Source: Pristiophorus japonicus
Taxonomy: Eukaryota
Assembly: GCF_044704955.1 (NCBI RefSeq)
Contig: NC_091992.1
Coordinates: 55,924,001 to 55,988,000, forward strand
Length of the DNA: 64,000 bases
Direction: 5' to 3'
Positions 36,755 to 49,990 of the stretch are shown piece after piece. The notes below the pieces were generated by a model, which was not told the origin of the DNA, ran no database searches, and worked only from the letters and a program-made list of their open reading frames with translations. Position 1 is the stretch's first letter. Each line of letters opens with the position of its first letter. The position numbers were made by a program, and so were the translations under genes.

Positions 36755-38010
36755 TGGGCACAGCATGGATTTGTTAAGGGAAGGGCATGTCTGACTAACT
36801 TGATTGAATTTTTTAAGGAGGGTCGATGAGGGCAGTGCATATGACGTAGTCTATATGGATTTTAGCAAGGGTTTTGAATAGGTCCCACGTGGCAGACTGG
36901 TCACAAAAGTAAAAGCTGATGGGATCCAAGGTAAAGTGACAAGTTGGATCCAAAATTGGCTCAGAGGCAGGAAGCAATGGATGATGGGTGTTTTTGTGAC
37001 TGGAAGGCTGTTTCCAGTGGGGTTCCGCAGGGATCAGTACAAGATCTCTTGCTTTTGTGGTATATATCAATGATTTGGACTTGAATGTAAGGGGTATGAT
37101 TAAGAAGTTTGCAGATGATACAAAAATTGGCTGTGTGGTTGATAATGAAGAAGAAAGCTGTAGACTGCAGGAAGATATCAATGGACTGGTCAGGTGGGCA
37201 GAAGAGTGGCAAATGGAATTCAATCCTGAGAAGTGTGAGGTAATACATTTAGGGAGGGCTAGCAAGGCAAAGGCATACACATTAAATGGTAGGACACTGA
37301 GAAGTGTAGAGAAACAAAGGAACCTTGGAGTGCATGTTCACAGATCCCTGAAGATAGCAGGATAGGTAGATAAGGTGTTTAAGAAGGCATACGGGATACT
37401 TGCCTTTATTAGCTGAGGCATAGAATATAAGAGCAGGGAGATTATGCTTTAACTGTATAAAATGCTAGTTAGGCCATAGCTAGGGTACTGCTTGCCGTTC
37501 TGGTCACCACATTACAGGAAAGATGTGATTGCACTTGAGAGGGTATAGAGGAGATTTACGAGGATGCTGCCTGGACTGGAGAATTTTAGCTATGAGGAAA
37601 GATTGTATAGGCTGGGGTTGTTTCTTTGGAACAGAGGAGGCTGAGGGGAGACCTAATTGAGGAGAATGAAATTATGAGGGGCCTAGAGAGAGTGAATAGG
37701 AAGGACCTATTCCCCTTTGCAGAGGGGTCAATAACCAGGGGTCATAGATTTAAAATAAGTGGTAGGAGGTTTAAAGGAGATTTGAGGAGTTTTTTTTTAA
37801 TCCAGAGCAGGTTGGGGGTCTGGAACTCGCTGCCTGAAAGGGTGGTAGAGACATATACCCTCAGAGCATTTAAAAAGTACTTGGATATTCACTTGAAATG
37901 CCATAACCTACAAGGCTACTAACCAAGAGCTGGAAAGTGGGATTAGGCTGGATAACTCTTTATTGGCCGGTACGGACGGGATGGGCCAAATGGCCTCCTT
38001 CTGTGCCATA
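36755..38010 (+). mobile_element. Older CR1 copy in PEX12 intron 1
   Basis: YINDLD..KFADDTK..WQMEFNPEKC (37057-37365); RRLRGDLI..WNSLP (37626-37922). Confidence 0.9.
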
Positions 38011-38935
38011 AATTTTAATCATCAGACTTTTGTTTCTGATACTGAATGTCATGGTTGATGCTTGGAGCCAGGATGCTCCATTCAGTCGATGCACAATGGC
38101 ATTTTCACTCGAACGTTAAATTTCTAATGTAATCAATGGCACAATTAGCAGAATTTAAATGGCTTGGTCTTTGAAAAGCGTTTGCTGATCTTTCATTTGG
38201 GGTGGAAAGAGAATGAGGAGTGTGCCATATCTGTGTTGCTCATGCTGTACATGGTATTGCATTCTAGCACGATGTGCATCATTAGATTGATTGTAAACAA
38301 TCAAAAGGTGTCTTCAGGATTATGAAGGCAACGGACAAAGCTGAGGCAGACAAGTAGTTCATTGTGGAGAAGAGGACACAATTTAACACATTAAAAAGTC
38401 AAGAGTGAGAAGTGTGTGGGGGGGGGGGGGGATGGGGGGAGGGGGAGAACATTCTCACCCAAAGGTTAAATTTAGTTGTGGAGTAAGTTACCAGGGAAGG
38501 CCATTGAAGTCAACAGTAAATATGATAACTGGGTGTTTCTGGAGAGGAGGAATTGAGGGTTATAGTGCGAGGGCAGGTATGGAGGGGCTGATCCGTGAAA
38601 ATATGTCGGGCATGTTAGGCTTCTCCTGTTCTGCAGTGGATCAACAGGAAACAATATTGCTTTATGAATTGCGTAGCATTTAAGAGACAGAAAGATTAAC
38701 CGATAGAGACAACAATCGGCATATTATTGAGTTATTAGAATTCTAAAGCACAGAAGGCTGCCATTCGGGCCACTACATGTGTGCTGGCTCTCCTCAGAAT
38801 CCAACTTTCAAGTGCTTTTTTCTCAAATATGTAAAGATAGCTATTCAGAAATGGGCAAAACTTATTTCTGACTGTGACTGAGAGCCCTGTGGCTTGATGT
38901 GGGCGATTTTACAGTAATGTATAATGTTCTGACAG

Positions 38936-39486
38936 GTGCTTGCGGAATCCAACCCTGCTCGCTATGGGTTTCTGTGGCGATGGTTCGATGAACTCTATGC
39001 TCTGCTGGACCTCCTGCTTCAGCGTCATTATCTGTCCCGGACTAGTGCTTCCTTCTCCGAAAACTTTTACGGTCTGAAAAGAATTCCGCTTGGCGGTGGC
39101 CGTGGATTATGGAGATTGGCCAACCTCGGGCTCCCAAAGACCCAGTACTGGAGATCCCTCTTGGTGATCATAGCGGTTCCGTATGTTAAAGTCAAACTGG
39201 ACAGACTGTTTGCCAGGCTGCGAGAGGAGGACGACTACGCTATACATCTCCCAGAGTCCTCTTGGAAGCGTCTGTACAAGGCCTTTCTCGCAGCCTACCC
39301 CTTCGTGAACATGGGCTGGGAGGGGTGGTTCCTGATCTACCGACTCTTGTACGTCTTCGGGAGGTCACAGATCCACTCACCGTTGTTGCGAGTGGCCGGA
39401 GTCCGCTTGGGGAACCTGACCCCTGCGGATCTGCAAGCCTTTGAGCAAAGATCCTCTTCTGCCAGCGGCCCTCTGACCAGTGAAAG
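38936..39486 (+). CDS. PEX12: PEX12 exon 2 (551 nt)
   Basis: [50 protein letters not shown]; acceptor gacAG, donor AG|GTAAGG. Confidence 0.97.
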
Positions 39487-39901
39487 GTAAGGGAAGGGCT
39501 TAGAGGAGCGGAGGTACAGTTGTCAGCAATGTCAGTTGTGAAGAAAGGTTATAGAAGTATAGCGCTCTTTCTTTGTAAAAATGGGGACTTTGTGGTGGAG
39601 GTTTCAAAATAGTGACGGGAATTGACAAAATGGATCGAGGCAAATTGTTCACTGTGGTGAAGGGTTCAAATAACGGGGAACGCAAGGTTAAAAATGATGG
39701 TATTAAAGGTGAATAGAGAAGGCTGAGAGATACACAATTGAAAACTTGCTTGATCCACGCCTGAGATTAAGAACTAATTATATTTGGGTTGGATTGCAGG
39801 CAAGAGCATGAGTTCTGTCACTCTGCAGCTCAGTGGATTGGAGTAATACCTTCCTAAGTTGTCATACATGTATTCTAACCTCGCTTTCTCTCTCTCTCTA
39901 G

Positions 39902-40298
39902 TGTGGTTGGAAATCTGACCTCCTTCCTCGGTAAAGCAGTGGGAGGTGTGGCAATGTCCCTATCGACAGGTGTGTCCGTGGGCGTCTTTTTCCTGCAGTT
40001 TCTCGAATGGTGGTACTCGTCCGAAAACCAGGAGACGATTAAATCCCTCTCGTCCCTCCCAACCCCTCCCCCACCGGTGCACTTGGACAGGCTGACAAAC
40101 GAGGCCTTGCCTCGACTGAAGACCATATGTCCTTTGTGCAACAAGATTCGGACGAACGACACCGCCTTGGCGACCTCGGGCTATGTCTATTGTTATCGAT
40201 GTGCTTACAGCTTCGTGAAACGCCACCAGCGATGTCCTGTGACGGGTTATCCGTCTGAACTGCAGCATCTTGTTAAACTCTACTCTCCAGAGGCATGA
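39902..40298 (+). CDS. PEX12: PEX12 exon 3 coding part (TM segment and degenerate RING, stop)
   Basis: [52 protein letters not shown]. Joined CDS 129+551+397 = 1077 nt = 358 aa + stop. Confidence 0.97.
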
Positions 40299-40469
40299 AG
40301 GCACGAGATCCATCCGTCAGAGCGCGCTCTTGTTGACAATGTACTCTTTATAATGCAGCTGTCTGACTCAGTGAAATGTGCTGTGCTGATTACTGCTGAA
40401 GTACACAAGGCAAGTTTCCACTGTGACGATATAATCTTTAATTATGTTTTCCAATTTTCTCCTCTCTTC

Positions 40470-40762
40470 CCAAATGTGCTGACTTGTGACATTCCTCGTC
40501 CAAGTGGGTGTTCATGTCTGAGTCTAGTTGGAATATTCATCCACAGGGACATTAGTCATGATGCACGCATACATCCACCCTTTCCAGCACGAGTCATGGA
40601 CGCCGATCAGGAGGCCTGGCCTAGGCAGGCCAAGGCCATTTGCAACAACTCTCTTGCCAGCCTGGCTGAGATCAGCTAACGCATTACAGACCTAGTCCTT
40701 CCGATCTGTATGGCTTAGCACTACACTGAGCAACACATCTAGCCGCAGAATATCAGGGGAGC
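40470..40762 (-). mobile_element. AmnSINE2-like element, antisense in the PEX12 3'UTR
   Basis: Minus strand GCTAAGCCATACAGATCGGAAGG..GTTAGCTGATCTCAGCCAGG resembles the recalled AmnSINE2 head. Confidence 0.55.
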
Positions 40763-40766
40763 TGTT

Positions 40767-41254
40767 AATAAATTATTTTATTCCTTGGGTGTTACGAGCT
40801 TACTGCTAAGGCAGGAGAAAAATGGAAACGATCTCGGGTGCGATCTTGCGTGATGATTATGAATCTTCGAATGAATAATATCATTCTCACATTTTCTAAT
40901 AAATTATATTTATGATTTAATCATACAAGGACAAGGGAACATACAGGTTTATCAGCTCAATAATGACAGTAGTATTATATCGTCCTAGTTTATCTCCTGT
41001 GCACTGCTCACAAATTTACATGATAGGAAGTGCTCTCAAGATTAAAAAAGATTTTTTGCTTCACCTGGATTAGATCAGATACATAAATCGTAACATTAAC
41101 CTTTAGCATTAGCCCCCACAATCTGAATAGTTCTTTAAAAAACCTATATTCTATGGGGCTAGGTGTAATTTATACTGTGCACTAAATCAATCAAATGTGT
41201 AAAATGTTTCAATAATATGTTTAAAAAAAATGTTTTATTGAAAATTGTAATAAA
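40767..41254 (+). terminator. Candidate PEX12 polyadenylation signals
   Basis: AATAAA at 40767, 40898 and 41249 in AT-rich sequence downstream of the stop. Confidence 0.6.
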
Positions 41255-41475
41255 CTGTACATCAACAACTAAATCAGTTTTACGTGAAAGCTGTAAAATG
41301 AGCCTAAACCGAAGAGAGCACGGGTAGAAAAAAGTACTGTGAATGCTGCCAATCTGAAATAAAATCTGAAAATACTGGAAATCTAAAGCAGTTTAGTTAG
41401 CATCTGAAAGAAAAAAGTTAATGTTTCAGGTGAACCCAGAGTTTTGGCTAGGTCATTGGAGCTCCACCTGGGTCA

Positions 41476-44400
41476 TAGAAACATAGAAAATAGGTGCAGG
41501 AGTAGGCCATTCGGCCCTTCAAGCCTGCACCACCATTCAATAAGATCTTGGCTGATCATTCCCTCAGTATCCCTTTCCTGCTTTCTCTCCATATCCCTTG
41601 ATCCCTTTAGCCGTAAGGACCATATCTAACTCCCTCTTGAATATATCCAACGAACTGGCATCTGTGGCAGGGAATTTCACAGGTTAACAACTCTCTGAGT
41701 GAAGAAGTTTCTCCTCATCTCAGTCCTAAATGGCCTATCCCTTAACCTTAGACTATGTCCCCTGGTTCTGGATTTCCCCAACATTGGGAACATTTTTCCT
41801 GTCCAGTCCCGTTAGAATTTTATATCTTTCTATGAGATCCCCTCTCATCCTTCTAAACTCCAGTGAATAAAGGCCCAGTCGATCCAGTCTCTCCTCATAT
41901 GTCAGTCCTGCCATCCCGGGAATCAGTCTGGTGAACCTTCGCTGCAGTCCCTCAATAGCAAGAACGTCCTTCCTCAGATTAGGAGACCAAAACGGAACAC
42001 AATATTCCAGGTGAGGCCTCACTAAGGCCTTGTACAACTGCAGTAAGACCTCCCTGCTCCTATACTCAAATCCCCTAGCTATGAAGGCCAAAATACCATT
42101 TACCTTCCTCACTGCCTGCTGTACCTGCATGCCAACTTTCAATGACTGATGTACTATGACACCCAGGGTCTTGTTGCACCTCCCCTTTTCCTAATCTTCT
42201 ACCATTCAGATAATATTCTGCCTTCGTGATTTTTCCACCAAAGTGGATAACCTCACATTTATCCACATTATACTGCATCTGCCATGTGTTTGCCCACTCA
42301 CCTAACCTGTCCAAGTCACCCTGCAGCCTCTTAGCATCCTCCTCACAGCTCACACCCCCACCCAGCTTAGTGTCATCTGCAAACTTGGAGATATTACACT
42401 CAATTCCTTCATCCAAATCATTAATGTATATTGTAAATAGCTGGGGTCCCAGCACTGAGCCCTGCAGCACCCCACTAGTCACTGCCTGCCTTTCTGAAAA
42501 GGACCCGTTTATCCCGACTCTCTGCTTCCTGTCTGCCAACCAGTTCTCTATCCACGTCAGTACATTACCCCCAATACCATGTGCCTTAATTTTACACACC
42601 AATCTCTTGTGTGGGACCTTGTCAAAAGCCTTTTGAAAGTCCCAACTACACCACATTCACTGGTTCTCCTTTGTCCACTCTACTAGTTACATCCTCAAAA
42701 AATTCTAGAAGCTTTGTCAAGCATGATTTCCCTTTCATAAATCCATGCTGACTTGGACCGATCCTGTCACTGCTTTCCAAATGCGCTGCTATTTCATCTT
42801 TAATAATTGATTCCAACATTTTCCCCACTACTGATGTCAGGCTAACCGGTCTATAACTACCCGTTTTCTCTCTCCCTCCTTTCTTAAAAAGTGGTGTTAC
42901 ATTAGCTACCCTCCAGTCCATAGGAACTGATCCAGAGTCGATAGACTGTTGGAAAATGATCACTAATGCATCCACTATTTCTAGGGCCACTTCCTTAAGT
43001 ACTCTGGGATGCAGACTATCAGGCCCCAGGGATTTACCGGCCTTCAATCCCATCAATTTCCCTAGCACAATTTCCTACCTAATAAGGATTTCTTTCAGTT
43101 CCTCCTCCTCACTAGACCCTCGGTCTCCTAGTATTTCTGGAAGGTTATTTGTGTCTTCTTCCTTCGTGAAGACAGAACCAAAGTATTTGTTCAACTGGTC
43201 TGCCATTTCTTTGTTCCTCATTATAAATTCACCTGAATCTGAATGCAAAGGACCTACGTTTGTCTTCACTAATCTTTTTCTCTTCACATATCTATAGAAG
43301 CTTTTGCAGTCAGTTTTTATGTTCCCAGCAAGCTTCCTCTCGTACTCTATTTTCCCCCTCCTAATTAAACCCTTTGTCTTCCTCTGCTGAATTATAAAAT
43401 TCTCCCAGTCCTCAGGTTTGCTGCTTTTTCTGGCCAATTTATCTGCCTCTTCCTTGGATTTAACACTATCCTTAATTTCCCTTGTTAGCCACGGTTGAGC
43501 CACCTACCCCATTTTATTTTTACTCCAGACAGGGATGTACAGTTGAAGTTCATCCATGTGATCTTTAAATGTTTGCATTGCCTATCCACCGTCAACTCTT
43601 TAAGTATCATTCGCCAGTCTATTCTAGCCCATTCACGTCTCATACCATCGAAGTTACCTTTCCTTCAGTTCAGGACCCTAGTCTCTGAATTAACTGTGTC
43701 ACTCTCCATCTTAATAAAGAATTCTACCATATTATGGTCACTCTTCCCCAAGGGACCTCGCACAACAAGATTGCTAATTAGTCCTTTCTCATTACACATC
43801 ACCCAGTCGAGGATGGCCAGCCCTCTAGTTGGTTCCTCGACATATTGGTCTAGAAAATCATCCCTAATACACTCCAGGAAATCATCCTCCACCGCATTAC
43901 TACCAGTTTGGTTAGCCCACTCTATATTTAGATTAAAGTCGCCCATGATAACTGGTGTACCTTTATTGCACGCATCCCTAATTTCTTGTTTGATGCTGTC
44001 CCCAATCTCAATACTACTGTTTGGTGGTCTGTACACAACTCACACTAGCGTTTTCTGCCCTTTGGTATTCCGTAGCTCCACCCATAACGATTCCACATTA
44101 TCCAAGCTAATGTCCTTCCTTACTATTGTGTTAATTTCCTCTTTAACCAGCAATGCCATCCCACCTCCTTTTCCTTTCTGTCTATCCTTCCTGAATGTTG
44201 AATACCCTGGATGTTGAGTTTCCAGCCTTGGTCACCCTGGAGCCATGTCTCTGTGATGCCAATTACATCATATCCGTTAACAGCTATCTGGTAGTTAATT
44301 CATCCACCTTATTACGAATACTCCTCTCATTGAGGCACAGAGTCTTAAGGCTTGTCTTTTTAACACACTTTGCCCCTTTAGAATTTTGCTGTAATATGGC

Positions 44401-44607
44401 CCTTTTTGCTTTTTGCCTTGGGTTTCTCTGCCCTCCACTTTTACTTTTCTTCTTTCTATCTTTTGCTTCTACCCCCATTCTACTTCCCTCTGTCTCCCTG
44501 TATAGGTTCCCATCCCCCTGCCATATTAGCTTAACTCCTCCCCAACAGTACTAGCAAACACTCCCCCTCGGGCATTGGTTCCGGTCCTGCCCAGGTGCAG
44601 ACTGTCC
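41476..44607 (-). mobile_element. Long CR1 (3.1 kb): end of ORF1 and almost all of ORF2, frameshifted
   Basis: Endonuclease YRPPNS..MGDFN..ILDWVM..SDHNM; RT SQHGFMKGKSC, KFADDTK; (TTCTATGT)n tail; 6-bp TSD GGGTCA at 41470-41475 and 44608-44613. Confidence 0.96.
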
Positions 44608-45293
44608 GGGTCAGATGGTCATCAAGCTTTTCTGAAAACAAGTCGATATCCGAGGAGTAGTTCACGGTAAGTTAGAACCAATGCTGTTTTATAATGCATA
44701 ATATATAGTTCTTCTGGAATATAGGTGTATGTCCCATGGTAAGTCAGAGGTTTTATAAAAAGGGGGCAATGGGTGTATTATCCCAAGTAGTAGCAGGGAC
44801 ACAGATTTACAAAGTCTAATTAACGTTAAGTAAACATTAGGTGAGTTAATTCAAAAGTTAATGTCTATTCAGGCTGTGGATCAGCACCCTCACTTTGTAG
44901 AGAGGTGTATTAAGAACCTGCAGATATTGTGGCTCTGGTACATATTCTGTTCCTGGGGAGTTTTTTCTGATCACAAATCACTGTCCTAGTTTCTACTTTC
45001 TTTTAAATATGAGTGTGACAGATGTCTTGTGTTGTGGACAAGAAGCGCATGCGTACATAAAGTTTCTAATACTGCTAGAGGAGCTCCTGCGGCATTAAGT
45101 AAGTCAGAGGTTTTATAAAAATTGGGAACAGGGAGGGAGTGTTTTGCCCAAGGCCCAAGTAGTATTTATCAAGGCCACTGATTTATCTGTTGGGGGCATC
45201 CTTGTGATCTGAGAGCATTGGGAAGGGGCCTCGGGTCTGGCAGAACTTGGATGGAATGTTGCAGTCTTATCCATACTTGTGGGGGAGTTCTTT

Positions 45294-46703
45294 TGGGCCC
45301 AAGTTTCGGCCTCAGTTGCTGCTCATTTTTTGGAGCAACTGGTGTAGAACGGAGTATCTTAGAAATTCAAATTCTCGGCATTTAGTTTGCTCTAGTTCTA
45401 GTCAGAACAGTTTTACTTTGGAACAGAATTTTTTTCAAAAGGGGGCGTGTCCGGCCGCTTACGCCTGCTTTCAAAGTTTCGGCAGTGAAAACTTACTCCA
45501 AACTAACTTAGAATGGAGTAAGTGAAGATTTTTGTACGCTCGAAAAAACCTTGTCTACACTTTAGAAAATCAGGCATAGGTTACAAATCGGGCGTAGGGA
45601 GTGGGGGGGGGGGGTTTAAAGGGAAGTTTACAAACATTAAACACTTCAGTTTTACAAATAAAGAGCCATCATCAATAATAAATGATAAAAACATCAATAA
45701 ATCAACCAATAAATCAATCAAAAAAAATTACTAAATAATTTTTAAAAAATCAATAAATAAAACATTTTCTGCTTACCGACTGCAGCACCGTGAGCCCTCC
45801 AACAGCGTGCTGGGATGCCCGCCTCTCTCCCCCCCCCTGCCAGTGTGTCTCTGTCAGTGTCTCTATCTCTCTGTCTGTCTGTGTGTGTCTCTCATTCTCT
45901 GTCAGTGTCTGTCTTTCTGACAGTGAGGGGAGGGGGAGGAGGGGGGTAGAGGGAGAGAGGGAGGAAGGCAGAGGGGGCGGGAGGGATGGGGGAGAGAAGG
46001 GGGGGGAGAGGAGGGGAGGGGGGGGCGAGGAGAAGGGGAAGTGGGGGAGAAAGGAGAAGGGGAGGGGAGGGAAAGGAGAAGAGGCGGGGGGGGGAGAGAG
46101 AGAGGTTGAACGGACCGGACCCGTCCGGGCCCAAGACTTCGGGTAGGGCCCGTCCCCAGCACCAGATTTACAGGTAGGTGGCGTTGGGTCGGGATTGGGG
46201 GCGGAGGGGGGGTCGGGGGGGAGGGAGAGGGAGGTCAGGTTGGGTGGGGGGGGGGGAGCGCGGGTCGGGTCCAGTCCGGCGGGTTGGGTTGGGTCCGGTC
46301 CGGGGGGGGGGGGGGAAAGTAGGAGTCGGGTCGGTGGGGGGGAGCGGGAGTCGAGTTGGGTCGGGAGGAAGCAGGAGCTGGGCATAGGAGACAGCCTTAT
46401 GCACGCAGCCCCAGTGAGGCCATTGGGCCAGGGCTAGGGGCTGCGTGCTTCGGGCCCCTCCCACACAGTTTTGGGTGCCTGGAGCTACTGCACATGCGCG
46501 CCCACTGTAGCGCGCATGTGCAGAGGTCCCGGCACTGTTTTCAGCGCAGGGACCTAGCTCCGCCCCCTACAGCTTGTGCTGCGCCGCGCCCAGCTCAAGA
46601 GGACCAGCAGGGAGCCGGAGAATCTGTAAGTTTTTTTTAGGCGCACTTTGTGGCGTGAAAAACGGGGGTCCAGGGCGGGGCTGCGGCCCGAAACTTGGGC
46701 CCC
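45294..46703. mobile_element. PIF/Harbinger-like non-autonomous element (1.4 kb)
   Basis: TIRs GGGCCCAAGTTTCGG / CCGAAACTTGGGCCC; probable 3-bp TSD TTT; internal CT/GT microsatellite and G-rich tract 45840-46380. Confidence 0.85.
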
Positions 46704-47679
46704 TTTGTGATGGCTGTTGGGTGAAATGGAAAAATATCAGGTGGTATAATAGTAGGTGATGCTTCATTGGGAGTGCTTGATGCCTGCATTGAGTAATTTC
46801 AATCCTAACACCTCTCGCTTTAATAACTACAAGATTTTGCCAAACTAAACTACAGTATTTTCAGTTGTAGCCACTGTGTCAGGTACTCCTCCTCTCCTCT
46901 CCGTATCATTCCCTCAATAAACGTATTTAATGGAATGATTCTGCATCTGCAATGTACTTAAAATTTGTTCAGTAACTAAATTAGAGATTTAATTTTTCAG
47001 CCTGGGAAATATTTGCGTTGAAATGTACAGGCCACTGTCGTTATGTTTGGCTGCTCCCAAAGATCAGATAGTACTAAACTCCTCAATCACTTCTTGAGCC
47101 AGAAATTATCCAGCTTGCTCTTGAACTTGCTCCACTGTCTCTCCAGGCAGTCTGTTCCTCATTGTCTCAACTAGTCAAATCTAGACTGTTCACATTCCCT
47201 CTTCTGAATTCGTGACTATGCCGTCTGGTTACATTTTGTGGTTATATCAGACAGTTTATTCGTGTTCAGCCTATTAATATCCCTTAGACTCTTGAAAGCT
47301 TTAATAAGGTCTCCCCTGTGTTTCTAGTTTCATGAACTGTAATCAAACTCGGAATAATGTGAAAAGAATGCACTCCTAAAAATGTAATGCTCAAGCTCCT
47401 ATTTTATTACACAATGTTAATAAAGCAGGGCCGGTTTCCTCTTGCATCAAATTCAGACAATAACACTGTTCTTCGAGTCTGTATTTGAGAGGATAGCAGT
47501 GCAATACGAGTTTGAGGCTGGAGAGGGATGAGATAACATCATAGATAAAACGTGTAAAGTTTGAGCAGTTTATATATATCACTTGAGTCCACCATACCTT
47601 CAAACAAACTTCCAGGTGCCTTTTCTAATTTATATTTTTTGTACTCTGCTAGGTGAAGTATGTCCATGGTGAGGAATGG

Positions 47680-47990
47680 AGCATCAGTCTCAACCATTCC
47701 CAGGTCAGATGAAACGTGTGTTAGATACAGTCAAGTTTCCTAGCCTTGGCTGCAATGTAGCTTAATTCTAACCTCCTGGACTCGTATTTTTCCAGTTTCT
47801 CCCCACTAGCCATCACTGAGAGAGGTTGTAATTTAGTGCTAAATAAAGGGGCACTATTGTGCTGTGGTCCACAGCTATTTCATCTGTGATGGAATGTCCA
47901 AATTAATTTGAATTCGGACCTTTAGAGTTGAGACAGAGAGGAGACTTTCATTCCATAGTCTGGGCTGGATTCAGGCACCCTTACATTTGG
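47680..47990 (-). mobile_element. LF-SINE-like element
   Basis: Minus strand GAATCCAGCCCAGAC..GAAAGTCTCC..AGCACTAAATT..; appears related to 6625-6790. Confidence 0.45.
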
Positions 47991-48739
47991 AGCCATCTCA
48001 CAACTCTTGTTCACAGCAGAAAAATAGTTTCCATAAGCAGACTCGAGTCTCCTTGATTGGGATTGAATGCCAAGGGATTACTTCAAAAGGCAGAAAACAC
48101 TGCCGTCAGACTGTTGCATTTAGGCTAAAACACATTTATTTACAACAAGGAATGATTGCACAGAAGCAAAATAAAATAAATAGTAAACACCCAGCAGTAT
48201 AATATTTGACTGATACTTAAACCATTCTGAAAATAAGGGTCTAAAATCTTAAAATCTTCCCTCCCCCCACCCAGCCTCCCCCAAAATGGCAAAGACAATC
48301 CAGTTCAATTCCTCACCACTTCAAAGTGCAAATAAACAGGGAACCAAAAATCCCAGAATTGCTATTCACATGTAGGCCTGTCTTTCTTTGAAGAACAAAC
48401 ATATTCTTTCTCAATTGTCAGACAATCCAAATATAAATTTTTCCCACTTGAGTAGAAATGGCGTAAACCGCAGTTCCTTTGTTGTTGGTTGAGTTTGGGA
48501 CACCTGGCAGGGCGTGAAGCAGCACATATTGGAATTTTGACTGGTGCAAGAAAGCTTTGGTGTTTCAGCAGGCTACCCACGTACATTCAACATTTCAACA
48601 ACTTGCATTTCTCTAGCACTTCTCGCTTGCAGAAAGAAGTCTCAAACCACTCTTATTTCAGATGATAATAGCAAAGCAAATCGGATGTTAATATCTAAGT
48701 TGGATATCCAGACCAAAGCTTCCGGTGTTACAGCATGGA

Positions 48740-49990
48740 AAGGTTACACCTTTTACATCTCGCCGAGTTCAAGGATTCCAGCATTGCGGTGGCTGTGGCT
48801 GGGTTCTTGTTCAGCGAATACTCCTGGTAAAGAGCCTAGCTTTTTTCCATCCAACAAGGAATATATGCCTTTCTAAACCGCCAAGGTATACTACGTTTTG
48901 CGGCAGCTTTAATGGGGCAGAAATTCCTCTGGGGGTCTTCCCGCGGGTAATTGCCTCCTCGCTGGAGATTTTTAATGAATTTACCTGGTGGTCTAGGAGG
49001 CGCCCTGATTTCCGATGGGGAGGCCTTCTCGTCCCGCGCTGCGAAGCGCGCTCCCGCCCAGAGGGTTCCCACGCAGAAGATGCAGTCATGTATGACTGCT
49101 CAGCCAATCAGGTAGGTAGTTCACAGGTTCCCATTAATAGCACTGAGACGCGCGTATCTGCGAGTTCTCAGTGCTATTAACGGGGGGAAAAAATAAACAC
49201 ACACTAATAAAAAATAAAAAACAGTCCTCACATAATTAAAATTAATTGAAATTAAAGTTAATAAATGCCTTAGAAAAAAAACTATATATTTCCGATTTTT
49301 TTAAAGTTTTGTCATTTGGGTTAAAAATAAACTTACCATAGTGGGAAATACTTTGTGTTTATTTTATTTAATTTTAATTTGTTTGTGTGTTTTAAAATAC
49401 TTGCGTCTGTAAAAGTAGGCTATACGCTAGTTTTTACAGGCGCAAGATTTTTGAGGACATTTGCCGGGCAAGATATGCGTAAATCCCGCAATCTTGCCCG
49501 TACAAATGTCCTCACTCCCGATCTGGCTACGATCTGTCAACCGGCATGCTGAAAACCGGCTTTCCCGATGCCTTCCCAGGTCCATAGAAACTTCGTGCAG
49601 GCCCGGGACATCGGAATTTCTACTCCAATAATTCCTATATAAATTTGTTGATGGCATTGGTGATTGGTGGAATCCACCTGATGTTGGTGTCAACTAACCT
49701 TTGGAAGGTTTCCCAGTCTGCTTTTTTGAAATTCCATCATGCTTCTGGTGTTGATGTAATGACAGGAACTTCGATGCCAACGTTGATGATTGAGGAGCTG
49801 TGTTGATTGTTGGGGAAGTCGTCAAGATCGGTTCTGGAGGCAATAATTGGGTTTCCTTCACTGTCTTTAGGGGGAAACATAGGTGTGGGTTATATTCTCT
49901 GCCACCTTGATGAATGAAATGTACCTCAATCTTTGGCGTCAAAAAGGATGAATTTATACTCTAGTGAAGCCCACTGTACAATTGCATTTC
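48740..49990 (-). mobile_element. Vingi/Ingi-like LINE fragment (endonuclease end and linker), split by a MITE
   Basis: Decayed frames GREYNPHLCF, WNFKKADWETFQRLVDTNIRWIPP and, across the MITE, GIIKAAAKRSIPWRFRKAYIPCW. Confidence 0.72.
48914..49626. mobile_element. PIF/Harbinger-like MITE
   Basis: TIRs GGGGCAGAAATTCC / GGAATTTCTACTCC; 3-bp TSD AAT at 48911-48913 and 49627-49629. Confidence 0.87.

Noticed and set aside
43495-44554. 240-aa and 119-aa plus-strand ORFs
   Set aside because: Antisense shadows of the CR1 ORF2/ORF1 region.
45750-46464. Pro-rich / Gly-rich ORFs
   Set aside because: Translations of low-complexity tracts inside a TIR element.
48362-48586. Cys-containing ORF resembling a C-type lectin C-terminus (NCGL..LDC..YVC)
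   Set aside because: Lacks WIGL/WND motifs and clear splice context, and lies next to a decayed LINE; probably chance.
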